IMG/VR virus record: IMGVR_UViG_3300003323_000274
Coordinates: 1-41,870 of that record
Source: a virus
Length of the DNA stretch: 41,870 nucleotides
Reading direction: 5' to 3' (one strand)
The first letter of the stretch is position 1. Every line of letters starts with the position of its first letter. Of the stretch, positions 7,554 to 16,122 are shown in pieces. The position numbers and the translations under genes are program-made. A model generated the notes under the pieces. It ran no database searches. It was not told the origin of the DNA and was given only the letters and a program-made list of their open reading frames with translations.

Positions 7554-7626
7554 CACGCCCTGATAGATTCGAACTATCGACCTATGGTTTTGGAGACCAT
7601 CGCTCTACCAACTGAGCTAAAGGCAT
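7554..7626 (-). tRNA. trnW: tRNA-Trp (anticodon CCA)
   Basis: Hand-folded cloverleaf. Acceptor atgcctt/agggcgt has A1-U72 and discriminator G73. D arm is gctc/gagc, anticodon stem atggt/accat with loop cuCCAaa, and T arm gatag-ttcgaat-ctatc. CCA is not encoded. Confidence 0.9.
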
Positions 7627-7629
7627 ATT

Positions 7630-8142
7630 TTACTTATAAACAAATCTATTAACTCTGTTTTTCCATCCATCTATAAAATCTTCCTGCGTTGGATCTTTTT
7701 TAACCAATCCTTCATAATACATAATCCTGGCTTCCTTATAAGAATTAAACAATACTTTTGGATTAGCTGAGTTTATGGCGGCTAATGTTTGAGGGCCTAC
7801 CTTGAAGTCACAATTAACGCCAAGATGCTTCTGAAGTAATTGTATTGCGCGAGCTCCTGAGTTCACAAAGGCATCAAAAACAATATTTGCGAGTTGTTGA
7901 TCTTTCCATTCATTTCCTTTCATCTTCTGCCAGAACTCCTGAAAATAAATTTCCTTGGCATCTTTATAAGAAATGTTTTTGAGCGCCTCAGCTGTTGGTT
8001 CTAAGCCTAATGATTTGGCATATATCTTAAAAAGTTTAAAAGTTATCCCGAATTGAGTTAGGCCACCTTTATCATTCTTATGATTGCTTATGCCTCCTTC
8101 ATTTTTGAGGACTATTTCTATTGCTATACCAAAGTTTGCCAT
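7630..8142 (-). CDS. GH108-family endolysin (lysozyme with PG-binding C-terminal region)
   Basis: 170 aa. The N-terminal EIVLKNEGGISNHKNDKGGLTQFGIT matches the GH108 signature EGG...D.GG.T..GI. Confidence 0.85.
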   Translation of the reverse strand: MANFGIAIEIVLKNEGGISNHKNDKGGLTQFGITFKLFKIYAKSLGLEPTAEALKNISYKDAKEIYFQEFWQKMKGNEWKDQQLANIVFDAFVNSGARAIQLLQKHLGVNCDFKVGPQTLAAINSANPKVLFNSYKEARIMYYEGLVKKDPTQEDFIDGWKNRVNRFVYK

Positions 8143-8276
8143 TAAGAAATGTGAACGTGATTAAATAACCAAATAATACCTTGAACTATATGTACAATGC
8201 CGGTTATTAATCCAATAATAGCAAGTACCATCAATAATTTCCAAAGCCATTCCGGCCCTAAATTTATTGGCCCCAT
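8142..8276 (-). CDS. small membrane protein (44 aa; not in the ORF track), holin-like candidate
   Basis: Hand translation gives MGPINLGPEWLWKLLMVLAIIGLITGIVHIVQGIIWLFNHVHIS. Its TAA overlaps the endolysin ATG (TAATG). Confidence 0.45.
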   Translation of the reverse strand: MGPINLGPEWLWKLLMVLAIIGLITGIVHIVQGIIWLFNHVHIS

Positions 8277-8280
8277 ATTT

Positions 8281-8724
8281 TCATCTTTGATAGATTACAA
8301 TAACTGATAGAATGCAAATCACTAAAGCTAAAGCCTTCATTACAATGTGTAAGTTCGGGCCAACCCAAGCAGCGAAACGATCTAAATATCCTGAATCGAA
8401 TTCTTTATGATCATAGTAAAATAGCGATCTATGTGACCATGCATTTCTAATAAACTCGTAAATAATCCAAAATGATGTTACCTGGAATAAAAGATATGGC
8501 GCCCATACAACGGTAAGCTCCCATGCTGACAAAGTAGTATAGTCTGTTATTTTATCCTGCTTTACCACGAGCATGAAAATGCCGTGAATAATAGCCAGCA
8601 TGCCGCGAATGATGAAGTAAAGAAGATAGTTAGGCTTGCCACCTTTATATGTTGTTTTGTAGTCGTAGTAATTGAATCCGGGGATTACAATAAGAATCCA
8701 GATTAAAATCAGTGCTGTTATCAT
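8281..8724 (-). CDS. multi-pass membrane protein (147 aa)
   Basis: About four hydrophobic helices. It lies in the lysis cassette and overlaps its upstream neighbour. Confidence 0.6.
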   Translation of the reverse strand: MITALILIWILIVIPGFNYYDYKTTYKGGKPNYLLYFIIRGMLAIIHGIFMLVVKQDKITDYTTLSAWELTVVWAPYLLFQVTSFWIIYEFIRNAWSHRSLFYYDHKEFDSGYLDRFAAWVGPNLHIVMKALALVICILSVIVIYQR

Positions 8725-8933
8725 TTGCGCACGCTTTCCGCGATTTCTTTTAATGTATCGATCTCACTCTTAAGAAATAGATTCACCTGAGTAGCTAGCA
8801 ATGTCACCTGATTAGAGAGGTTATCAATAGACTTCTGCATCACTGCTATCTGTTTAGTATGCTGAACGTTTGATAGTCCCAGATATGCTGCAAAAGCCAC
8901 TACAATACCGGCTATAACTTGCCATGCTTCCAT
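8721..8933 (-). CDS. N-terminal TM plus coiled-coil protein (70 aa)
   Basis: TM segment VIAGIVVAFAAYLGL is followed by a heptad-like helix. The architecture is holin- or i-spanin-like. Confidence 0.55.
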   Translation of the reverse strand: MEAWQVIAGIVVAFAAYLGLSNVQHTKQIAVMQKSIDNLSNQVTLLATQVNLFLKSEIDTLKEIAESVRK

Positions 8934-9307
8934 AGAATAATTAATGAAGTATACAAAATTAACTTAATATCGGTGAATTCCACACCATACCAACCAAAAT
9001 GAAATATCGGATGTTCGTAGATAAGTATGAAGTCAATTAACGAACCAACTTCTAAGGTAAAGAATAAGGTGAAAATTAGTGCATATTTAGGCAATTCAAA
9101 CCTACAAAACAGCCAAATAGCCAACATTGCCAGGTGATTTGCAAACATGTAGATATATGATTGTAGATTAATCCCTATATTTTTACCTTGATAAATCAGA
9201 TCGTAAAAAGGAAAAGGATCAAAATATATCCCTGAGAAAATAGGGAAGCTACAGAGCCGATTAATAGCGACACTAAAAAGAATTAGCCATAATCCCCACT
9301 TTCTCAT
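8912..9307 (-). CDS. multi-pass membrane protein (131 aa)
   Basis: Several hydrophobic helices; part of the lysis-region operon. Confidence 0.6.
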   Translation of the reverse strand: MRKWGLWLILFSVAINRLCSFPIFSGIYFDPFPFYDLIYQGKNIGINLQSYIYMFANHLAMLAIWLFCRFELPKYALIFTLFFTLEVGSLIDFILIYEHPIFHFGWYGVEFTDIKLILYTSLIILWKHGKL

Positions 9308-9504
9308 TATTGATGAGGTGGCGGAGGTGGATTCTCTGGGGTTGATGACTCTAACGCAAAATCAATTGTTTCCGAGTCTTGGCCTAAAACATGGGCGTAA
9401 CAAATACCATGCGGATCAATGCTGATGCGTATCTCAGTATGCCTATCTTTTTCCCATTTTGTTTTTAGGAAATCAATTAATCTTTGTTTGTTCTCTTCGC
9501 TCAT
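9307..9504 (-). CDS. hypothetical protein with poly-Pro C-terminus (65 aa)
   Basis: ORF ending in NPPPPPHQ, coupled to its neighbours. Confidence 0.5.
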   Translation of the reverse strand: MSEENKQRLIDFLKTKWEKDRHTEIRISIDPHGICYAHVLGQDSETIDFALESSTPENPPPPPHQ

Positions 9505-9667
9505 AATCTACTATGATTTTTGTCAGTTTTTCAACCTTAAATTTAAGATTTTCTGTTTCATTTTCAAGTCTTTTTATTTCTCGTTTCTGTTTTTGCCGAA
9601 CTGTCATCTGCCATGCAATGTATAACAATCCAATTGTAAAAAGACCTTTCATTGTATCATAGTGCAT
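9473..9667 (-). CDS. N-terminal TM plus coiled-coil protein (64 aa)
   Basis: TM segment LFTIGLLYIAWQMTV is followed by a charged helix. It is the first gene after the intergenic gap 9668..9728. Confidence 0.5.
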   Translation of the reverse strand: MHYDTMKGLFTIGLLYIAWQMTVRQKQKREIKRLENETENLKFKVEKLTKIIVDYERREQTKIN

Positions 9668-9728
9668 TTTAATGTATACACTAAAATACTAATAACTTTA
9701 CTTTAGTTTTACAAAACCTTATTTATAC

Positions 9729-10691
9729 CTAAAGCTTTTCTAAAGCTGCTGCAATTTCATCTTTAACGTATTGCTTACCATCCTCAAAAGTCTGTCCGGT
9801 TGGCTCTGGGCCGAATTGTGAAAGTATCCATTGATAGCACTGATCTTTCCCTGGTATAATACTCATGACTTCATCCCAACCACTATGCCCAGCATTGCGA
9901 ATATCCATAGTAAACACATTTTCCGTTCCTGCATGGGTCTTATTATAGGCATTGAAAAAGTTCATTGCCACCGAGTAGCTAACCTGTGTGTCCAAATTTC
10001 CGTGATAGCAATACCCGGGAATTGAAACCATATTAGGAATAGCGTTAATGCCCCCTGATGGTTTTCCGGATAGCGACACAACCCCTGCAATCAGTTTATA
10101 AGTGTCTTTTGTCATTACATCCAAACTAGCTATTGCACCTAACGAAATGCCACTGACTATAATCTTACTGGGCTTAAATGTCATTTGAACCCAAGGCAGA
10201 AATATTTTATTTGCGCCTGTGTATGAGTTCTGTGGTTGAATCATTACCATATTGAATGGTAAATCGTAGCCAGCCTTAACTAAGCGCGGGAAACCATATT
10301 TGTAAAGTGCTGCAAGATTTCCACCGGCACCGTCCGATAGTTCTCCTGTGCCTGGTAAAAATATTAGCCAATGAGTTGAGTTTAATGGCGATCTATAAAC
10401 TACATAATCAATCTTACCCCCGAAAAAATCACCTTGCGGATGTTCTTCAATTATTCCTTGTTGAATTACTTCTGAAATTACAATGCCTCTGTAGTTAAGG
10501 CTGTCATTAATTTTATATGTTACATTGTTAACCACTGATGTTATCCAATCACATGTTTCTCCGGGAGCATGTATTACGGCGCAGGAAATATTTGGATTAT
10601 GGTTTATAAATTTAGCTAACGATAATGTCCCTGTTTTCTGCCCAAAAGCCAGCGCAGGAAGTAATATAATGAATAATAATAACTTTTTCAT
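9729..10691 (-). CDS. secreted alpha/beta-hydrolase esterase
   Basis: Signal peptide MKKLLLFIILLPALAFG|Q. GxSxG nucleophile elbow in VSGISLGAIAS, with candidate Asp (GNLDTQ) and His (NAGHSGW). Confidence 0.7.
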   Translation of the reverse strand: MKKLLLFIILLPALAFGQKTGTLSLAKFINHNPNISCAVIHAPGETCDWITSVVNNVTYKINDSLNYRGIVISEVIQQGIIEEHPQGDFFGGKIDYVVYRSPLNSTHWLIFLPGTGELSDGAGGNLAALYKYGFPRLVKAGYDLPFNMVMIQPQNSYTGANKIFLPWVQMTFKPSKIIVSGISLGAIASLDVMTKDTYKLIAGVVSLSGKPSGGINAIPNMVSIPGYCYHGNLDTQVSYSVAMNFFNAYNKTHAGTENVFTMDIRNAGHSGWDEVMSIIPGKDQCYQWILSQFGPEPTGQTFEDGKQYVKDEIAAALEKL

Positions 10692-10693
10692 TT

Positions 10694-12694
10694 CTAATAC
10701 CTGTTTAATGTTGCTTCAAATGTATATAAAATATCCTCAAGATTTGATAATTCAGATTGAGAAAGTCCATCAGCAATACCAGCGTAAGAGGCTTTTTGAT
10801 CGGTTGGATAAATACCTCCAAGAATGCAAATGTTTGAACTAAAAGATGCAAATGATGTTGCGGTTTGATCTAACATCAATTGTTTGTATTTATATGATTT
10901 CCAACCAGTTGATGATTGTCGGCTAATATAGTATCGGCCTTTTGAAACTGGATTATTTTTGGTCGTTAATCCTCCTGATTGATTAAACTGTACATACATC
11001 GTTGATCCACCAGGGATGATTGTATAAGCACCTGTAGAATTTGAAGTCTGTGAACACATTATACTTTTTGTTCCGGTACCGGAACTTAATTGAGATGCGA
11101 ATAAGCAAAGATTATCACGATATGTTCCTGATGATGCCGGATTGAAATTCGTGCTCAGGAAATTATTCGCTGCGTTAGTCCCTGTAGCTCCATCACTTGA
11201 AAATGTGACCGTCCCTGTTTGAGTTAATCTATATGAAGCGTCTAAATCTTGAGGGTCTTTAAAATTGAATTTTGATTTATTTAAAGAAGTTCCTAATAAC
11301 CAAAATCCTTTTATTTTTGTCCATAGTGATTGTGCCTTACAGCTTACTATAAATTGGTTATAAGCTGACTTCTCATCGTCCGACAATGTTTCTCCTGTTC
11401 CTGTTATCGCGTTAAATAAAGCTGTCGCATCGCTATCGAAAGAAGATTGTATGTTATTAGTTACTATTTGATCTGTTGCATTCGGAACTTCTAAAGAATA
11501 GTTTCGAACTAAACTTGCGGCATCCCCTGTAGTTTGATCATAAGAATAAGTGACAACATCACCATTGGCTAACGTAGGTACTGTAAATCTTAATTTTGTT
11601 GTTCCACTGCCTGATACCGATGTTGGATTATTGGCACTTCCATTTTTCTTAAAAGTCCATCCCACATTTGTAGCTATGACAGGTACATTATAAGTTACGA
11701 TTATTGATGTTGGCGATGATACTACAATGCTTAACATTGTAGCATAAGTAAGCGGAATACCAGGATTTTCTATTCGATCTGCGAGTGTATATGAGAATTG
11801 TTTATGTTGGGCTGTATTCATGTGAACATTATCACCTGGCACAATGCTATTAGCTATTTCCCAATCCATTGAACTGAAGAAAGGAATTCTTCTATCAGCA
11901 CACAATGATTTGGCAGCATCCCTGAATGTGGCTAATCTTGTTGTATTGGTAGGGCTATTGAATGGGCCCATTACAACAATTCTATTAGATGGCCAACCCG
12001 CTGTAAAAATTGAATAATCGAGCCATGCACTTAATGCCGCCTTATATTGATCAGGAGTTGCATTTGATAAAATAGGCGTTGTTACACCATCATTAACACC
12101 AAAATCATTTATGAGGTAATTGAGTTCCGGTATCTTACTTACCATTTTATTGGCGCCAGTGCTATAAATCCATAAAGAAGTCGGGGGTGATGCTTCAGGA
12201 GTTATCGAATTACCTGGCAATCCTATAATTTCTCCAGCTGCTGGAACAGTCCAATTTTTAGCATAAGCAAACAACCATGCAAATCCAGAAGATAAAGGAG
12301 AAGCAGCCGTTCCATATACCATAGAATCTCCTACAAATTCAGTGCGTGTATCAATGGTGTTGTCTGATATTATTGTATTCAGTGTTAAATTAATCCATGA
12401 GCCTCCATTACTTCGAACTCTATAGAAACAATAGCCAGACATAGCCGCTGTTTCATCATGATAAGACAAATTTGATCCAGAATAAATTGTTATTGCATCT
12501 GAATAATCAGAAAAAAATGCTCTTTGCAATTCGTAATTTCCGGAGGTCTGATAAGTCCAAGAAACATTATTTATGAATCCATAATCATGTTGAGCGTATA
12601 GCGAAAATTGACCCGTAGTAAAAATGCCCTTGTTTTGAGCAAAGGCATTTAATGACAGTAATAAAAGTAGCGTAAGTATTTTTGTAATTCTCAT
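10694..12694 (-). CDS. secreted SGNH/GDSL-type esterase with large C-terminal domain (666 aa)
   Basis: Signal peptide MRITKILTLLLLLSLNAFA|Q. SGNH blocks are FVGDSMVYG, GVNDG and GDNVHMN. Confidence 0.7.
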   Translation of the reverse strand: MRITKILTLLLLLSLNAFAQNKGIFTTGQFSLYAQHDYGFINNVSWTYQTSGNYELQRAFFSDYSDAITIYSGSNLSYHDETAAMSGYCFYRVRSNGGSWINLTLNTIISDNTIDTRTEFVGDSMVYGTAASPLSSGFAWLFAYAKNWTVPAAGEIIGLPGNSITPEASPPTSLWIYSTGANKMVSKIPELNYLINDFGVNDGVTTPILSNATPDQYKAALSAWLDYSIFTAGWPSNRIVVMGPFNSPTNTTRLATFRDAAKSLCADRRIPFFSSMDWEIANSIVPGDNVHMNTAQHKQFSYTLADRIENPGIPLTYATMLSIVVSSPTSIIVTYNVPVIATNVGWTFKKNGSANNPTSVSGSGTTKLRFTVPTLANGDVVTYSYDQTTGDAASLVRNYSLEVPNATDQIVTNNIQSSFDSDATALFNAITGTGETLSDDEKSAYNQFIVSCKAQSLWTKIKGFWLLGTSLNKSKFNFKDPQDLDASYRLTQTGTVTFSSDGATGTNAANNFLSTNFNPASSGTYRDNLCLFASQLSSGTGTKSIMCSQTSNSTGAYTIIPGGSTMYVQFNQSGGLTTKNNPVSKGRYYISRQSSTGWKSYKYKQLMLDQTATSFASFSSNICILGGIYPTDQKASYAGIADGLSQSELSNLEDILYTFEATLNRY

Positions 12695-14937
12695 TGTATG
12701 ATATGATAGCTAAAAAGATAAGTTGTTGAAGCCGTTAAAGCAGTTGTATTCGACTCAATTACAAAAGTAGTAGTAGTTACACCATTTGTTTCACCAGCTG
12801 CTGGAACTAATACTTGATTAACACCAACCAATCCATTTGCATTTCTATTTGCAGGTAAAAGAATAACTTTTGGAGCCGCTCCGTATGCAGTGTTAAAAGT
12901 AATTGTGGCAATGATTGCATTTGTTCCGGTTGGCGTTGTTCCTGTAACAACAGATACTATACCAGCTAAATCTGTACTTCCTGCAACAATTGTAACAGTA
13001 GGACTTGTGCCTGATCCGGCACCGGCAGAAACAGTAGGTGCTGAAGTTCTTCCAATAAGATGATTTGATTTTAAATTACCTCCTATTTCAAGAGCCTCAG
13101 TTGGGCTTGTTACACCAGCTAATCCATTTTTAGAATTTGCATCCTCGTCAACAAAAAATCCATGATTCCCTATAACTGTTCCAATAGTAGGTTTATGTCT
13201 TATGCCTACTCTAAAATGATTTGTTCCACCAGTATCATTTAGATAATCAGGATCAATTAAAATTCCATTATAGGTATGAGTACCGCTTGCGTATTGTGTT
13301 GGTGTTTTAACTTCAAATGTACTTACATCACCCGTCTGTGTTGATGCGTATCTAGCTCTAAATCCAGCAGAGGCAGACCCTTGTAATAGTGCTTCTAGTG
13401 TTGATCCGCTATTATAATTACTTATAGTAGATAAAGACAAAGTTCCTATACTAGACATCCTGGCAACCTCTCCAATAGCGCCCCCATTAATAGAATAAGA
13501 AAAACTCAAATAATTAGTTGGTGTTGCTCCTGGTATTGATTGACTATATAGTAAAAAGTCAGAAACATTGGTGCTTCCTGATGTTGTATTCCAAACATTT
13601 CCGCTAAATCTTAATGGATTTGATATTTGTGTTTGGGTGCCAACCAATGCAACAGTTCCATTTCTAAGTGTTATACCAGAAGTTAATGTTTGTGTAACTG
13701 CAAGACCATCAGTTTCAAATGTGGCTCTGGATAATGGAGAGGCCGTTCCTATTCCAAGATATTTATTTGTAGCATCGAAAAATAAATTAGAATTATCCTG
13801 TGTTAGAATTGATCCATTAGAATACGGAATTGAACCGGATGTATAAGATGTAGTAATCTTCGTAGCCAAATCGATTGAACCGGCAAGCATTGTATTTGTA
13901 ACCTTACCAGCGCCTATTGCAAGTACAGGCGCAAGAGTCGTAGAACCTGTTGTGCTACCTGTCACATCTCCTGTGGGAGACCATGAAATAGTTTGATTAG
14001 CTGAAATTTTGTTATTGAAAGTACTCCAATCTGTTTGAGTCAAATAGCCATCATGCGTTGCATCTGCGGCTGGTAGTGCGGCTGCTGTAATTGCTGCATT
14101 CGCATAAGCAGTAGTTGCCACTTTTGTACTATTATCTCCAGGGCTTTGTGTTGTCGCTGTCGTTCCGTTTGGTAATGCCGGAGTTCCTGAAAGATTGGCT
14201 GCGGTACCTGTTGTATTCTGATTAAGTGTTGGGAAATCACCAGCGACCGCAATTGAAGGAATGCCAGTAGATGTCGTATTTTTTAAGATACCTGTTGCTA
14301 ATCCTGCTAAAGAAGTACCGTTTATTTTCGTTACGGTTGGGCTTGGAAGTGTTCCTGAAAGATCGCCGCCAGCCGTTGAACTAATTGTTGCGGCTGTTCC
14401 CAATCCTAAATTAGTTCGCGCGATTGATGCGTTGGTAAGATCAGATAAATTTGATGCATTGGCTAATTTAGCATCTAAAGCACTTTGTAAATCGGTTTGA
14501 CTCGATAATGTACCTGTAATACTTCCCCATGTTCCGCCGCCACCGGAACCCGAACCGCCTTCCATTACGAAGTTTGTTCCGTTATACCTGAATCTCTTAC
14601 TTTCGCCCGCTGAAATGTCGCCCGCTGAAAGATTAACTAAAGATCCGGAAGAATATTTTTTTAATGTGATTGCGCCCAATGGGTTTGAGCCATCGCTAAT
14701 ATTTAGTGTTGAAGAACCTGTATTTGCATTGGTGAATAGGATTGTATAACCTTTATTAGTGGTTAATGTTGCGCCGATAATTGTAGTTGTATAGGTATCC
14801 GTTCCGGATGCAATTGATGGCATTGTTAAAGCCGTATTTATGTTAGCAACAGAATTGCTGCCGCTTGGATTCATTTGCGTCTGTCCATATCCTGCGATTG
14901 AACAAACTGTTAGTATGAGTATTAATATTTTTTTCAT
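12691..14937 (-). CDS. tail fibre protein with N-terminal signal-peptide-like segment
   Basis: Phage-fibre motifs NLSDLTNASIARTNLGLG and SPGDNSTKVATTAYANAAI, a GGSGSGGGG hinge, and S/T/G/N-rich sequence. Start chosen at ATG 14937 (MKKILILILTVCSIAGYGQ), 1 nt after the upstream stop. The track start at 14967 is also possible. Confidence 0.75.
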   Translation of the reverse strand: MKKILILILTVCSIAGYGQTQMNPSGSNSVANINTALTMPSIASGTDTYTTTIIGATLTTNKGYTILFTNANTGSSTLNISDGSNPLGAITLKKYSSGSLVNLSAGDISAGESKRFRYNGTNFVMEGGSGSGGGGTWGSITGTLSSQTDLQSALDAKLANASNLSDLTNASIARTNLGLGTAATISSTAGGDLSGTLPSPTVTKINGTSLAGLATGILKNTTSTGIPSIAVAGDFPTLNQNTTGTAANLSGTPALPNGTTATTQSPGDNSTKVATTAYANAAITAAALPAADATHDGYLTQTDWSTFNNKISANQTISWSPTGDVTGSTTGSTTLAPVLAIGAGKVTNTMLAGSIDLATKITTSYTSGSIPYSNGSILTQDNSNLFFDATNKYLGIGTASPLSRATFETDGLAVTQTLTSGITLRNGTVALVGTQTQISNPLRFSGNVWNTTSGSTNVSDFLLYSQSIPGATPTNYLSFSYSINGGAIGEVARMSSIGTLSLSTISNYNSGSTLEALLQGSASAGFRARYASTQTGDVSTFEVKTPTQYASGTHTYNGILIDPDYLNDTGGTNHFRVGIRHKPTIGTVIGNHGFFVDEDANSKNGLAGVTSPTEALEIGGNLKSNHLIGRTSAPTVSAGAGSGTSPTVTIVAGSTDLAGIVSVVTGTTPTGTNAIIATITFNTAYGAAPKVILLPANRNANGLVGVNQVLVPAAGETNGVTTTTFVIESNTTALTASTTYLFSYHIIQ

Positions 14938-14938
14938 T

Positions 14939-15211
14939 TTAATTAGTATCAGTTTTTTTGCCGGCAATTTTATCTACTCGATTAAATATTTTTCCAAAGT
15001 ATTCATCAGTCATAAAGACCAAAACGAGGCCAATTATTAAAGGTATTAAGGGCAACCACCATTCATAAGGAATGTCCTGTTTTAAAACTAAGAATGCTGG
15101 TACAATATATTTTACCACATACATTGCAGCGCTGATTATTATAAAAACACCTCCAAGTATTGTGGTTACAGGATTATGTTTCGGGTTAATGTTTGTTCCT
15201 ATGTCTGCCAT
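14939..15211 (-). CDS. two-TM membrane protein (90 aa from internal ATG)
   Basis: Two hydrophobic helices (ILGGVFIIISAAMYVV and LPLIPLIIGLVLVF). Start chosen at ATG 15211, 4 nt after the upstream stop. The track start is 15268. Confidence 0.5.
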   Translation of the reverse strand: MADIGTNINPKHNPVTTILGGVFIIISAAMYVVKYIVPAFLVLKQDIPYEWWLPLIPLIIGLVLVFMTDEYFGKIFNRVDKIAGKKTDTN

Positions 15212-15215
15212 AATT

Positions 15216-15605
15216 TTAGAATATAGTATTTTCAAATATCCAATCGTTAGGATCTGTTGTTGATGCATTCGCTATTTTTGCAATGCCAATCACTTCATCG
15301 GGTAATGGATTACCAGCCTTATCAAGTAAAGTAGACGATCCTGATTTTGTACCATAATATTTTTGCCACTGAGCAGACCCACTAGGGAAAAGATTCGTAG
15401 ACATATCCCACAATGTATAACCAGATGAAACAACGCCAGCCAAAGCAGCAATATTCCCCGAAGTAGTCTTTACACTTTGTCCTGATTGAGTACATTCAAC
15501 TAGCTCAGAACCATCTAAAGCGCCAGCATCAGGCAATTCACTAATTTTTTTTGCCTGAACAAATACATTATTTATAATTCTTACAACTTCACTCTGAAGG
15601 CTCAT
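15216..15605 (-). CDS. virion/tail-fibre-associated protein (129 aa)
   Basis: ISELPDAGALDGSELVECTQSGQSVKTT resembles the N-terminal motif common in phage fibre proteins. Confidence 0.45.
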   Translation of the reverse strand: MSLQSEVVRIINNVFVQAKKISELPDAGALDGSELVECTQSGQSVKTTSGNIAALAGVVSSGYTLWDMSTNLFPSGSAQWQKYYGTKSGSSTLLDKAGNPLPDEVIGIAKIANASTTDPNDWIFENTIF

Positions 15606-15769
15606 GATTCTAATTGTCTAAGTTCTGTATTTTGAGTAATTCTTAATTCCATTTCTTCAGTTTTTCGCAAAACTTCATCAATCGTCCTATAATCATCAAT
15701 TACTTCTGAGTAAAGATAATCAATTTCAATATTTGAGTAAACTTGATCCATAGTCTGTGACGAAATCAT
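15602..15769 (-). CDS. small acidic protein (55 aa; not in the ORF track)
   Basis: Hand translation gives MISSQTMDQVYSNIEIDYLYSEVIDDYRTIDEVLRKTEEMELRITQNTELRQLES. It has ATGA overlaps at both ends and fills the gap. Confidence 0.45.
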   Translation of the reverse strand: MISSQTMDQVYSNIEIDYLYSEVIDDYRTIDEVLRKTEEMELRITQNTELRQLES

Positions 15770-16122
15770 AACACTTTCAAAGTTCCATAACGCAAAGCTT
15801 GCTCATATCCTGCGCGACTATAACCAATTTCATAAAAATAGTTGCCGTTGTCATCAAAAGTCATATCTGAAACGCTTGCATTAGCAATTAAATAGGTTCC
15901 TGATCGCTGCAATGATAAATCTAAAATCAATCTTCCATTACGTTCGTTATAAATTCTAAAATAAGACGAAACATAATCAGGAAAATCAAAATCAATCTCT
16001 TCATAAGGTATCTCGGCACAATCAACTATAGTAAAAAATCTGAATGCCTTATTAATAAGTGCTTGCCCGTTATAAATTGATAATGGGTATTCTTTTGCCT
16101 GATATAGCTTAGTATTGATCAT
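15766..16122 (-). CDS. hypothetical virion morphogenesis protein (118 aa)
   Basis: Lies between the connector-like gene and the fibre genes. No motif recognised. Confidence 0.5.
   Translation of the reverse strand: MINTKLYQAKEYPLSIYNGQALINKAFRFFTIVDCAEIPYEEIDFDFPDYVSSYFRIYNERNGRLILDLSLQRSGTYLIANASVSDMTFDDNGNYFYEIGYSRAGYEQALRYGTLKVL

Noticed and set aside
7554-7626. Suppressor tRNA or stop-codon recoding, as seen in some Bacteroidota phages
   Set aside because: The anticodon loop reads cuCCAaa, which is ordinary Trp. Long late ORFs are uninterrupted under the standard code.
7093-7629. attP/integration module suggested by the tRNA and adjacent non-coding DNA
   Set aside because: No tyrosine or serine recombinase-like ORF exists anywhere in the genome. 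The tRNA is full-length and not a 3' fragment.
13568-14500. ORFs nested inside or antisense to large genes. Examples are 13568..13846, 14040..14252, 14261..14500, 4574..4894, 10307..10842, 17459..18301, 24829..25536, 26778..27779, 31050..31274, 32212..32409, 34055..34312, 34640..35140 and 19058..19375.
   Set aside because: They lie entirely within, or antisense to, longer ORFs that carry recognisable motifs and operon-consistent coupling. Their sequences are low-complexity and lack motifs, so they are treated as spurious.
9729-14967. Diversity-generating retroelement or invertible segment acting on the fibre genes
   Set aside because: I noticed no reverse-transcriptase-like ORF (no YxDD motif) and no invertase. 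I also saw no template/variable repeat pair or flanking inverted repeats.
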